Source: Octopus vulgaris
Taxonomy: Eukaryota
Direction of reading: 5' to 3'
NCBI GenBank assembly: GCA_951406725.2
Contig: OX597826.1
Coordinates: forward strand, 29,326,001-29,390,000
DNA length: 64,000 bases
This document shows positions 40,401 to 53,624 of this stretch, piece after piece. The stretch's first letter is position 1. Each line of letters starts with the position of its first letter. The notes beneath the pieces are model-generated. The model searched no databases. It saw nothing but the letters and a program-made list of their open reading frames with translations, and was not told the DNA's origin. A program made the position numbers and the translations under genes.

Positions 40401-42361
40401 CCCTAAAGAATTCCTCTCAACACATCGCTATGATGCTCCTCTACTACTTCTGCTCCTGATCAGAGATGCACATATCGTCAGCCACTAAAAACAAAAATCT
40501 AAAATATTTTATCAATATTCCTAATTCCGCCACATCCTAACACTGTCAGAAACCTCTGGATATCAACCACCATCACCACCGCTCATGCTATGTGTTGAAT
40601 CAATCAGGAAAAATTCATGTATGAATGAACTATTTCCAGAGGAGTAGTTTTTATTAATAGAAGGATGAAAATTCAGACAATATAATTATAATAATCCTTT
40701 CTGCTATAGGCAGAAAGCCTGAAACTTTTGATGGGATGGGGTTTATCAATTACATTGATCCTAGCTATCAATTGGTACCTGAAAGAATGAAAGGCAAAGT
40801 TGACCATAGAGGAATTGAAACTCAGATTGTAAAGAATAAAAAGTTTTGAATGGTACAACAATGCACTATATTACAAACAATGGGCTATATACCTGTTGTA
40901 ATTTAGTCATCCATAGTCTGATGATATTTCGGAATAAAATTCCTTCTTCTGATATTCTTAGGTGGATTCACTGCTATAATCAGTTTTTGTGAAGCTGCAA
41001 GCTGGATATATTTTTCATGATAGACTGGAAACAAACAACATTGCCTGTATAATAGTGATGCTTATTTACAATCTTCACATGATGTCAATACAAGGGCACA
41101 CACACACACATGCGGCAGGATTCTTTCAATTTCCCTCTACCAAAAATCCACTCACAAGTCTTTGCTTGGCCCAGGGGTAATATAGGACAATCCAAAACCA
41201 TGCAGGAATGTTTAATATAGAAACATTATTCCATCCCGTAGAAGTTTTACCTTCCATCTGCCTTACCATGATACAAGGGCTAAATGCCAACCCTTAAGGG
41301 CTTTTGGGGCTTCTGTGAGAATATTACCTGTGATAGATCAACATTGTATACAACATCTTGGTTCACTTAGCTGTAAGAACTATGTTCCAGATTATGTGAG
41401 GATGTTAAACTGTAATAGACCTGTGTGTGATGAAGTGGGTGTCTGTAGGTTTAAATATTTCTAAGTTTTCTGTACCAAATATTCTGTTTGCTTTTTCTTC
41501 TAGAGGGAGAGGCGCTGCTGTGCAGTCTCATTAGTCGCAGTGTGCTGCACCGATTCCACTTCCACGGTCCAGTGCACTCTGTCAAATTCAGTCCTGATGG
41601 CAAGTGAGTATTTATATTTCCTTTTATATTTTATGTACCAATCTGACCTGCTTTACAACTTAATTATCATTCCACAGAGCTCTGCCAACCGTGGAAAATT
41701 TTAACTTAACAGACACTATATAAAGCCAACATGAATTCGACTGTATCTCGGTCCCACCTTGGCTGAGCAGGCCAATACTTCAAAGTCACTATCATTACAA
41801 TTCTTGTTAAGGAATAATAAATATCTACTCTACAGAATGTATTGAGTAATCTTTCAGTTTAACATGCCGGGACAAAATGCTTAGCGACATTTCTTTTGTC
41901 CTTACGTTCAGAGTTCAAATTCCACTGAGGTCAACTTTGCCTTTCATCCTTTCGGGATTGATGAAATAAGTACCAGTTGAACACTGGGGTCGATGTAATT
42001 GACTTACCCACCTCCCCTGAAGTTGCTGGCATTGTGCCAAAATTTGAAACAATTATAACTGGCCATAAAAACAAACATTAATATATAATGTGTGTGTGTG
42101 TATATATATATATACAGTCAAAAAGTGTGAAGCATGACTGTCAACACTACTACATGAACCCGAAGATTGCAGAATTCAATGCATGAAAGTACTAGTTCAA
42201 TCAGAATGAATATTTAACATTCTACTATTTCACTTTATTTTATTCAATTATAATATATTATCTTATAATATATCATTATAAGATTGTAAATATAACGTGA
42301 AAATCAGACAAGGTTGGAATTCTTTTTATTAATATATTCTTCTATACACAATCACACACAC

Positions 42362-42423
<62 letters not shown>

Positions 42424-45400
42424 TTACTTCATCAGAGAACTATTTGTAAATTTGAGGGGAAAAGAAAAGCAAAATTCCTGTATTTGCCTTGGTGTGTACA
42501 AAGTGAAGGGGAAATGGGTCACATTTTTTAGTATAGGAGCAGGTTTGGCTGTGTGGTTAAGAGACTCACTTTGCAGCATTTGGATTAGAGTTCAGTCTTT
42601 ATGAACAGCACAGTCAGTGGGATAAGCTATAAATTAGTTTATACTGCTACAAGACACAAAATATAAAATTTCTTGATGATATTTAATTACAAAAACACAG
42701 TAAAATTTTTGAGCCCTAGGAGGCAATGACTGAAATGTTTGGCATTATGTCACGGCTGAGAAGAAGACCCATCAAGCTGAGCCAAATCGCAGTTGTGGCA
42801 GATACAGGTGTCACGCAAATTGACACCCATGCCAGTGGCATGTAAAAGGACCCATTATACTCTTGGCGTAGTTGGCATTAAGAAGGGCATCCAGCTGCAG
42901 AAAACCCTGCCAAATCGGACTTCCAGCTTACCAGCCCTGGTTAAACCATCCGACTCATGCCAGCATGGACAGTGTATGTTAAATGATGATGGTGATGATA
43001 CAGAGAATGGCCAGGAGGGTTCATAGAGTAGAATAGGAACCACAGGGGTCTGTAGGCAAAAAATGGATGAGAACCATTGGGCTTCGGTAGCCTAATACAA
43101 TGCAGTTTGAACTCATGACCTTTGTACTTCCAGTCTTTTACTCTATATTGTTATGTTAATATGTCTTCAACACATTGGAATCTGGTTACTTTGGAATATA
43201 GCATTGGTTTTTAACCCTTCATTGTTGAAAATAATGAAATCCAATGCAACTAGTGACAGATAAAGTTATTTGTTGAAGCTGTTATATTTATAGTTATTGA
43301 TATGGCTGTGTGGTAAGAAGTTTGCTTCCCAACCACATAGTTCTGGGTTCATTCCCATTGCGTGGAACCTGGGGCAAGTGTCTCCTATCACCTCGGACTG
43401 ATCAAAGCCTTGTGAGTGGATTTGGTAGATGAACACTGAAGGAAGCCCATTGTGTGTGTATTGTTATGTTTACATCTCCATAACTTTGGCAAAAAAGACC
43501 GCAGTCTAATGACTAAAACAAGTAGAGGATAAAAGATATAATATGGGCATTTATCCTTGATAGAAGAGAGAATGTGTAAATATATATGTGTGTATAAATA
43601 TATATATGTATGTGCAGGTGGCACGTAAAAAGCACCCACTACACTCACGGAGTGGTTGGCGTTAGGAAGGGCATCCAGCTGTAGAAACACTGCCAGATAA
43701 GACTGGAGCCTGGTGCAGCCTTCTGGCTTCCCAGATCCCCGGTCGAACCGTCCAACCCATGCTAGCATGGAGAACGGACGTTAAACGACGATGATGATGA
43801 TGTATGTATAAATATATATATATATGTATAAATATATATATATATGTATATACTTATACATATGCAGAGACACACACACACACACACACATCATCATCAT
43901 TTAACGTCCACTTTCCATGCTAGCATGGGTTGGACGATTTGACTGGAGACTGGCGAATCAGATGGCTGCACCAGGCTCCAATCTGATCTGGCAGAGTTTC
44001 TACAGCTGGATGCTCTTCCTAATGCTAACCGCTCCGAGAGTGTAGTGGGTGCTTTTATGTGCCACCGGCACGGGGTCCAGTTAGGCAGTACTGGCAATGG
44101 TCACGTTCAAATGGTGCTTTTTACGTGCCACCTGCACAGGAGCCAGTCCAGTGGCACTGGCAACAACCTTGTTCAAATGTTTTGCACGTGTCACCGGCAT
44201 AAGTGCCAGTAAGGCGACGCTCGAATGGTGCTTTTTACTTGCCACCGGTACAGAAAATGAATGAGCCTAATATCTTCTTAAGGCAGGGACTTTTAGCCCT
44301 TTTCAGGACTTTTGTGTTGTAAGGCCTTTTTCAGTGCCATGCAATTCACTGCCACTATTCTTCCATCTATTTAAAATAACCTATTTAAATACATAAAATA
44401 CTGAAATTCACAAAGATCTTCACAAGAAAAGTGACTTGCTTCGGCTAGAAATAGTTTTATATGGTGATATAAATATTGGGTCGGTGCATAATTATTGCGG
44501 CTTTTTTTTTTTAACAAATTTTGTTCAACAAAAACAGTAACAGTATTTAAGAAAAACCTCTTTAAATGACAGTCTGACCATCTGCCAAACAGATGAGATG
44601 CAGGAATTGAAGTAGATGGTTAATATACTCCAGAATAATCATTTAAAGATGTTTTTGTTGAATAAAATTTGTTGAAAAAAGCCACAATAATTATGCACCA
44701 ACCCAGTAGATGTGAAGATATTTTGGGGCATAAAATCTGTTCAGAAAAGCAAATGTATTTTGAAATCCTAAAATGTTTCTAGATTCTGTATTCTTTGTTC
44801 TGGTGGTCTCAGTCTATGCTGTGCCACTGGTTTTAAAGTTGGTTGCTCTGAAAAGTAGGTTCAATTTCATGCAAAGGAACTGCTTGGGCTCTTAGAATAT
44901 TTGCTCCAGCTTACTAAGTTTAGAACGTAGTCTTACTGGGCCACAGGTTGACTTCTACGATTTCCGAACCACATGGCCCCGGGTTCAGTCCCACTGCATG
45001 GCACCTTGGGCAAGCATCTTCTACTATAGACCTCAGGCCAACCAAATCCTTGTGAGTGAGTTTTGTAGAGAGAAATTAAAAGAAGCCCATCATATATGTG
45101 TATGTGTGTGTGTATTTGCATGTCCCCTCCCCTCCACTGATTGACAACTGCTGTTGGTGTGTTTACATCCCCATAACTTAGCAGTTCAGCCAAAGTGATC
45201 AATAGAATGAGTACCAAGCTTAAAAAGAAAAAGTACTGGGGTCAGTACATTCAACTATAAATTCTTCAAGGCAATGCCCCAGCATGGCCAAGGTCTAATG
45301 ACTGAAACAAGTGAAATGAAAAAAATTATAATTTTCTTTTTTTTGTTTTACAGGAAGTTTGCTGTTGCTAAAGGGGACAAAGTCCTTTTGTATAGTGCTC

Positions 45401-48400
45401 CTTGTAAACAAATGAATTTCAACCCCTTCAGACTACTACGAACCCTTTATGGGGCTTATGACGACAATGTTTGTATCGATTGGAGTTCAGATTCACGGTC
45501 AGTGGATTTTTATTTTTTTGTCTGTTTTCTTGGTTTTGTTGTTGTTGTTGTTTAATAATCTTTAACATGAGTGAGTGTAGGGGAGACCCCTGATGGACAG
45601 TGTGGAGGTTTAGGTTTGATCCTTTGGATGTGTAGTGCCAAGTTAAAATAAAGGTTGGATGCAGGTGAGGGTCGTTAGTGGCTATAGGTCAAAGATATTG
45701 GATAATCTTCTATGTTGTGGGGAAATGTGGAAACTGATGTTTCAAGCAAAAAGCGTTTTTTGCAGAGTAAATTCTATCCTAAATAATTTAGATTTTTCTC
45801 ACCAAAGAAGGGCTTTGATTGTAATTTAATTTCTCCAAAATATATCCCCTCTTGCAAGCTTAATTAAATGACTCTTACAGATTCTGGTATTTCTCAGAGA
45901 TGTCGGCTAGTGTATAAAGAGTAAAGACCCCCTCTGGTCATGAATGACCATGGGATTGCACCTTCAAGGCTCGAGTCTGGGCAAGGTTGTTTGTGGAAGA
46001 CCAGCATTCTCCCATACATACCCAGCGTCCCTTCTCCACTCCCACCAATGTTATCCAAGAGGAAGAGGCAAAGGCTGATACAAATTGGCACCAGTGACAC
46101 CACAACTCATTTCTACAGCTGAGTGAACTAGGGCAATGTGAAATAAAGTGTCTTGCTCAAGGACACAACACAGCTTGGTTCGGGGATCGGTTGATGTACA
46201 TAAGAGAGACAACTCTGCTGCTTAATGTTATCAATGGTGCATGCTGGGTGAAAATTTGACATTTGTTAGCCCGGTCACAGTTTGGTCATAAGTGTGCTCA
46301 ATCAGGCCTGAACTAGCACGAATCAACATCGCATGATTTTCATATACATAATAGTGGTGGATTGGCAGGATTGATAGAGCATTGGAGGAAAATGTTCTGT
46401 GGCAGTTTCTTATGGTTCCGTATATTCTGAGTTCAAATCCTGCTGAAGTTCCAACTTTGCCTTTCGTCTTTTAGGGCCAATTATATATAATACCAGTTAT
46501 GTACTGGGAAAAGAATGTGGTGTCAATATAATTGTCTGTTTCCCCTCCTCCTTTTAAACTTTGAGCCTTGTACTTATTTTAGAAAGAATTGTATGTACAC
46601 ACACGTATACATGCGTATATACAAACGCACATATTTGCACTCATTCAGTGTCACACGTTTACATATACACATGTATACATACTCAAACTCACCCAGCATT
46701 ACACGCTCAGTATCACACACATATATAAACATACAAACCCACATATGGCACACTCTTGCACATACACATATACTTGCTGCACTCACTCAGTGTCACATGC
46801 ATACACACACACACATTGTTATTAGAATTTATTTATATTGAATAAATTTTGATTTTTTCCCCCTTCTTCCATTTGAAAATAAATGTTTATTTTCCTTTCC
46901 AGTGTTCTATGTGTTGGTTCCAAAGATATGTCAACCCGTGTCTATGGTGCCATCCGCTTCAAGAATCTCATCATTTACACTGTTGGAGGTCATTCAGACA
47001 GCATAGTCGGTGCCTTCTTTGAAAAAGATTCTATGAATGTATCCTTTTTGTCTTCTACCTGTCTTGTATACAAACACTCACACAAACACATAAACCTGTA
47101 CACATAGGAAGGGCGTCCAGCCATAGAAACTATGCCAAAGCAGACTGGAATAGAGTGCAACTTCCCAGCTTGCCAACTCTGGTCAAACCGTCCAACCCAT
47201 GCCAGCAGGGACAACAGATGATGATGATAGTCAGAACTATACACTTATAAGACACATAGATATAATCAGAGACAGACCACATTATACATACATATGCCCA
47301 CCTGTGCATATATATATATAAATGGTGTGAGGGTTATATACTTATGAAACACACAGTCATAGGCAGACCCCTGTTATACACCCACACAGACACGTAAAAA
47401 GCACCTATGCTGGTGACACATGGAAAGGTACCCATGCTGATGATAGATAAAAAGGTACCCATACAGCTGACATGTAGAAGATACCCAGTCCACTCTGTAA
47501 AGTGGTTGGCATTAGGAAGTGTATCCAGTCATAGAGACCAAGCCAAAACAGGTGACTAAAGCCTGGTGCAACTCTGGTTTACCAGTTCTGGTCAAACCGT
47601 CTAACCCATGCCAGCATGGAAAATGGGAATTAAATGATGATGATGATGATACACTGCATATATAGCAAGTTACACATTGATTTTTGCTGCCTGATTTCTA
47701 CATGTGCATATGCACTTGTGCAGTTAGTCTGATATTGTAACAAAGGAGATAGTGTTGTAAGAATAGAGTTTGGGGAAAAAAGGAAACTATTTTAAAATCA
47801 TTCCGTTGCCATTGTCGTTTTAATGTCTACTTTCAGCAGTAACATTGAATGGCTGTGAGGGTCCACCTGAATGAAATGGGAATCGAAGGGGTCCATAGGT
47901 AAAAAAAAAGCATGAGAACCACCGGTCTAGACTGTAACCCACGCCCCCTGAAATTGCCGACCTCTGTTTAGGTTAGAAAAACAGGTCCAAAAATTAGGGG
48001 CCATCTTTATTTATCGTCTGCCTTCCATACCGGCAGGTGTTGGATTGTTTGACAGGAGGATTCAGAGAATGCATCAAGGCCCAATGTCTACATTGGCTTG
48101 ACTTCTCCAGCTGGATGGCTTTCCTAATGCCAGCCACTTTACAGAGTCTACTGGGTCTGTTCTTGTGGTGTCAGCACTTGAGAAGTCAATAAAAATGTAA
48201 AATTTCCTTCTGAAATAGTTTTGGAATTCCTTAACTTGTCTTTTTGTTCAGCTTTACACAATAGCAGCAAATGGAATTGTGAATTACTGGGAATGTAATA
48301 CTGGGTTGGATGGACTGGAATCTTACAGAAAAGAAAATCAAAAAGATGCTGAAGATGTGGATGAAGAACAGTCTACAGGTACCTTTCTGTTCTTCCTTTT

Positions 48401-51400
48401 TTTTTCATTCAATCTTTTTATATTGGTATCTTTTTTGGTTTTATGCTTCAATTTTTAAAATTAAAAAAATAAAATTCTTGAGCGTTACAGCTCTGGTACT
48501 ACAGACATGGGATTAGAATGCCACAGAAAAGAATCGCAAGATGGATTCTTCAGACTGACAGGAGACTTAGGGGTAGACCAGGAATGAAATAGTTGGATAA
48601 TATCCGTAGTCTCAGCCGATCACACTTGAGAATCCAGCCAGGAGGTTAATGATGGTTACTTCAAATAGGACCCCGTTGAGGAAGTACCTAAAGACTCTCC
48701 CTTCCATGGACCTACCAGGAATAATGGGTGGAGAAGATGGATGGATGGGGTTGGGGTAATAGGTGAAAAGAGGCTTTCATACCTTTCCTGAATGTATTTC
48801 TAATGTAAATGAAGCAGTGCTCTTGATGATAGTGGAAGTCATGTGATGATGAAGATGATTAAACTAGTGTATGTGTGTGTATATGTACAAGCTCATCTTT
48901 AAGTGGGGAATGGTAAATTATCTAATATTCCAATGACATACAAATCATGTAATTATCTTACGGACTCTTAAGATAAAGTGTTGTTGATGAGTAAATGCTA
49001 TAAGCATTTTGTCTTGGCACTCTGCCAGTTCTATCAGCCTCCATCCTAAATATATATTTTTTTGTAACGACTCCTCTCGAGGCACAAATGCACGCTTTTG
49101 GTGGTACTGTTGAATTCATCCATCCTTTAATATTTCAAATTCTTAATTTTATCAATTACCAGATCATATGAGACCTCTAGTGGTGTTTGAATTTCAAATG
49201 TTAAAGGGGAGACAATCGAATTCCATGTGGCATTTTGTGCAGCAACTCTGCCTCATAATACAAAGGGAGATAATTTAATATATCGTAAGGCAGTTTGTTT
49301 AACGCTCAACCTTGAGATAAAAAAGTAGATTGACAATACAACAGGCATTTTTATGTGGTGTGCTACATAATAATAATATTAACCCTTTAGCATTCAGATT
49401 AGGTAATGCTTATATATTTGTATTGAATTAATCATGAATTATCATGTAGATTCTGGATTACAATGACACAGTAGTTTATTTTTAGAATGACATTGCAGGA
49501 TAAGTGTGAGGGGCCTGATTTGGCCAGATTGAACGTAAAGCAGGTAGAAAAAAAATCACCCGGCATACTCTGTAAAATGGATGGCATTAGGAAGGGCATC
49601 TAGCTATAGAAGCCCTGCTGAAGCAGAACAGCTCTCCAGCTTGCCAGCTTCAGTTAAACCATCCAACCCATGCCAGCATGGAAAACAGACATTAAACGAT
49701 GATTATGATGATGGCTGGCTTAAATGCTAAAGGGTTAACGATGGTGAATGAATACCACCAGGCATCTTTTGTTTCCCTCATCTTCGTCACTCTTATTGAA
49801 TGCTGTTTTGTATTTGCATACATCATATCATGCAATATGAAGAAAAAAAGAAGTGAGTCCAGGGACTCATAAGGCTGGTTAATTGGTTACCATATCTTAT
49901 AAGTGACCAAGATCGCAACATTCTCCCTGAACAGGGTGTCAGTCCATTGCAGGTCTTTTCATTTATGGTAAAGTGGACTGGAATATGAAATGAAGTGTTT
50001 TGCTCAAGAACACAATGCACTGCCCAGTCCAGGAATTGAAACAGCGATCTTGCAATTGTGAGCGCTATGCTCTAACCACTAGGCCTTGTGCCTTCACCTC
50101 GTATCACTTATAAAGGGAGGTAATAACAGGTTAATTTAATGAGCAGATAATTCAGTTGTTAAGCAAATAAATTATCATTGTTGAAACCAAGAGAATTCCA
50201 TTCATGTGACAATGATAGCAATAGTTGGAAGCAATCTGAGTAATATGAAAGTAGTAAAATATATTTTTAATTTTAGCTCTATTGATTTCCTATTGAATTC
50301 AGAGTCAGCACTGCGGGTTAAACTGTTTTGTAAATGGATATGTCTATGTAAACAAAACAATTGAAGATAGAAAAATAGTCAATGAGTGTAGATGCACATT
50401 TCAAGAATTATTGCTCTCTCATCAGCTCCACATCCAACTCCTCAACTATCCATGAACACATTGCTTAAATATCCACTTCGTTTAGTAGTATAACATAGCT
50501 GGATAGGTCAATTTACATATTAAACACATTCCTGACAACTTGTGTGTGCAATTCTATATTTAAGAGATGAGGAATTATGTACATTATTTACATTTGACGG
50601 ATATTTATCCTCATCTTGTTTGTTGTTAATACAACATTTCAGCTGATATACCCACCAACCTTCTTCAGGTGTCTTGGGGAAATTTTGAACCTGGGTTCTC
50701 ATTCTTAAGGTATTTTTCAATGTTGTTATTATTATTGTTATTGTTCAGGTCACTGCTTGGAATCGAACTCGGAATCTTGGGGTTAGTAACCCGTGCTCTT
50801 AACCACTATGCCATATGCCCGTGGGCAATTATGTCGAATGTAAATAATGTAACTTGTATGTGCATATTAATTGCTGGCAAGGATGCAGTGTTTCACTTTG
50901 CAACCATAACATGCTCTCTGAAGTAAATATTATGGTTGCTAAACAAAATACTGTGTCCTTGCCAGTAACTAATAAAATGTGTATACTAAGGTGGCAAGCT
51001 GGCAGAATTGTTAGCACGCTGGGCGAAATACTTAGTGCTATTTTGTCTGTCTTTACGTTCTAAGTTCAAATTCCACTGAGATCGACTTTGCCATTCATCT
51101 TTTCTGGGTCAATAAATTAAGTACCATCTGCGTACTGGAGTCAGTCTAATTGACTGGTCCCCTCCACAAAAATTGCAGGCCTTGTGCCTAGAGTAGAAAA
51201 GAATAAAATGTGTATACTGATAAATTTCAATGTTGTGCTTATAAATTTTCTGTTACAGAGACCCAGAAACGTCGCCGCCAAGAAGAGGAAGATGACCGTG
51301 TGAAGAACAAGATCATTTACAAGAAAGGTCATAGGTGAGGAGACATTCCTTCTGTTTACTCTACAACTATGTCACAATTGTAGTTCCCTGTGGAGGAGAG

Positions 51401-52821
51401 GAAAATACAGTCAGCTTGGATGAGGCTTTTTGATGTATGCTTTAGAGAAAAGCAGAGAAAATTAAAAACAAAAATGGTTGTTTAGTAACAACCATTTGGT
51501 GAATAGTCTTGCTAGCACAGCAATTGCAAAGGAATGCAACATAAGCAACGCGTTATTCTGAAAGAAAGAATAAAAACGAATGAGTGTTCTTTCTAGATCA
51601 ACAGCAAAATCGTTTCTATGTATGCTTTTCCATTAGGAAGGACAAGCAACCACAGAAATCATGCCAAAGTAAACATTGGAGTTTTGTGACCCATGAGATC
51701 CTGTCAAACTATCCAACCCATACTGACATAAAAGATGATGGTGATGACAATGACAGTGTATTATTATTATTATAAGTGCCAGTGATACACTGGGGTTGAT
51801 GTAATCGACTAGTCCCCTCCTCCTAAAATTTCAGGCTTCGTACCTATAGTAGAAATAATTATTGTTGTTATTAAGATGGTAGAGCGCTAGCAGAATTGTT
51901 AGCATGCTGGACAAAATGCTTAGAAGTATCTTTCCCATCACTATGTTCTGGGTTCAAATTCTGCTGAGTTCAACTTTACTTTTCATCCTTTTGGGGTCAA
52001 TAAATTAAGTAGCAGTGAAACACTGGGGTCAGTGTAATTGATTAGTCCCCTCTTCCCAAATTTCAGGCCTTGTGCCTATAATAGAAAGGATTGTTGTTGT
52101 TGTTAAAGTAGCAGAACTGTTGGCATTTCATTTGTCTTTACCTTTTGAGTGCATATTCTGCCAAGGTCGACTTTTCCTTTCATTCTTTTGGCGTTGATGA
52201 AATAAATCCCAGTTAAGCACTGGGCTTGATGTAATTGACTCAACCCATTCTGGCAAAATTTCAGGCTTTGTGCCGTAGAAAAATTACCATTTTTATTCTT
52301 ACCCATGTGCTATAGTGTACCCTATCAAAAACCACTTTCTTCATTTATGTGTGTGTTTGTGTGTAGCTTTGATTGCAAAAGTGAGCTTCTTAAGCGCACA
52401 GCTTTATTTGCACCAATATATTTGAAAAAAATAAGTATGTGAGGTTATTTTCTGTTCTAAAGCCATTTTGTTTTGTTTCCAAATGATTTCAGATGTAATT
52501 TGAAACTGTCAAGAGACAAAGGAACTTCACAGATGGCAGCCAAACTGACCAGTGTTGCTTTCCATAAGCTAACTAATTTGCTGGTGACTGGCTTTGAAGA
52601 TGGCTGTTTCTTCATCCACGAGATGCCCGTTGCCAATCTCATCCATTCCTTAAGGTGGGTACAGTTTTTCACTCATCAATACCTGATACTCTCAACTTGA
52701 TCTTCTGTTTTGTATTCATAAAATAACTCACATAATGATGGCAGAACAATGGAGGAGGCCCCCACCAACACCCTCTTCCATTCATATCTTTTGTCTTTTA
52801 TTATCCCAGTCAATACAGTGC

Positions 52822-52852
<31 letters not shown>

Positions 52853-53066
52853 ATGACATGCTGTGCTTGAGGAGACCTATTGAGTCAAGTACATCAAAAT
52901 CAAATCACAATCAAATGGAAATTGTAGTTGTGGTCCCCATGCTGGCTGCATGTAAAAAGCACCATCCGAACGAGGCCAATGCTAGTGCCGCCTTAACTGG
53001 CTCCCGTGCTGGTGGCATGTAAAAGGCATCATCTGATTGTGATCGATGCCTGGCCCCTGTGCCATA

Positions 53067-53099
<33 letters not shown>

Positions 53100-53420
53100 T
53101 TTTATTTGTTTCAGTCATTTGACTGTGACCATGCTGGAGCACTGCCTTTAGTCAAGCAAATCGACCCCAGGACTTATTCTATCGGTCTCTTTTGCCAATC
53201 TGCTAAGTTAAGGAGACGTAAATACACACCATCGGTTGTCAAGCAATGGTGGGTGGGACGGACACACACATACGACTGGCTTCTTTCAGTTTCCATTTGC
53301 CAAATCTACTCACAAGGCTTTGGTCAGACCAAGGCTATAGTAGAAGACACTTGCCCAAGGTGCCATGCTGTGGGACTGAACCTGGAAGCTACTTACCACA
53401 CATATGCATATATACATAGG

Positions 53421-53462
<42 letters not shown>

Positions 53463-53565
53463 CATACATAGGGCCATATATATATATATATACATACATA
53501 CATACATACATACATAGGGCCATATATATATATATATATACATACATACATACATACATAGGGCC

Positions 53566-53624
<59 letters not shown>

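Noticed and set aside
48379-48388. Second U12 donor (GTACCTTT)
   Set aside because: It lacks the GTATCC core, and no CCTTAAC branch motif precedes the next acceptor at 51258. Treated as a weak U2 donor.
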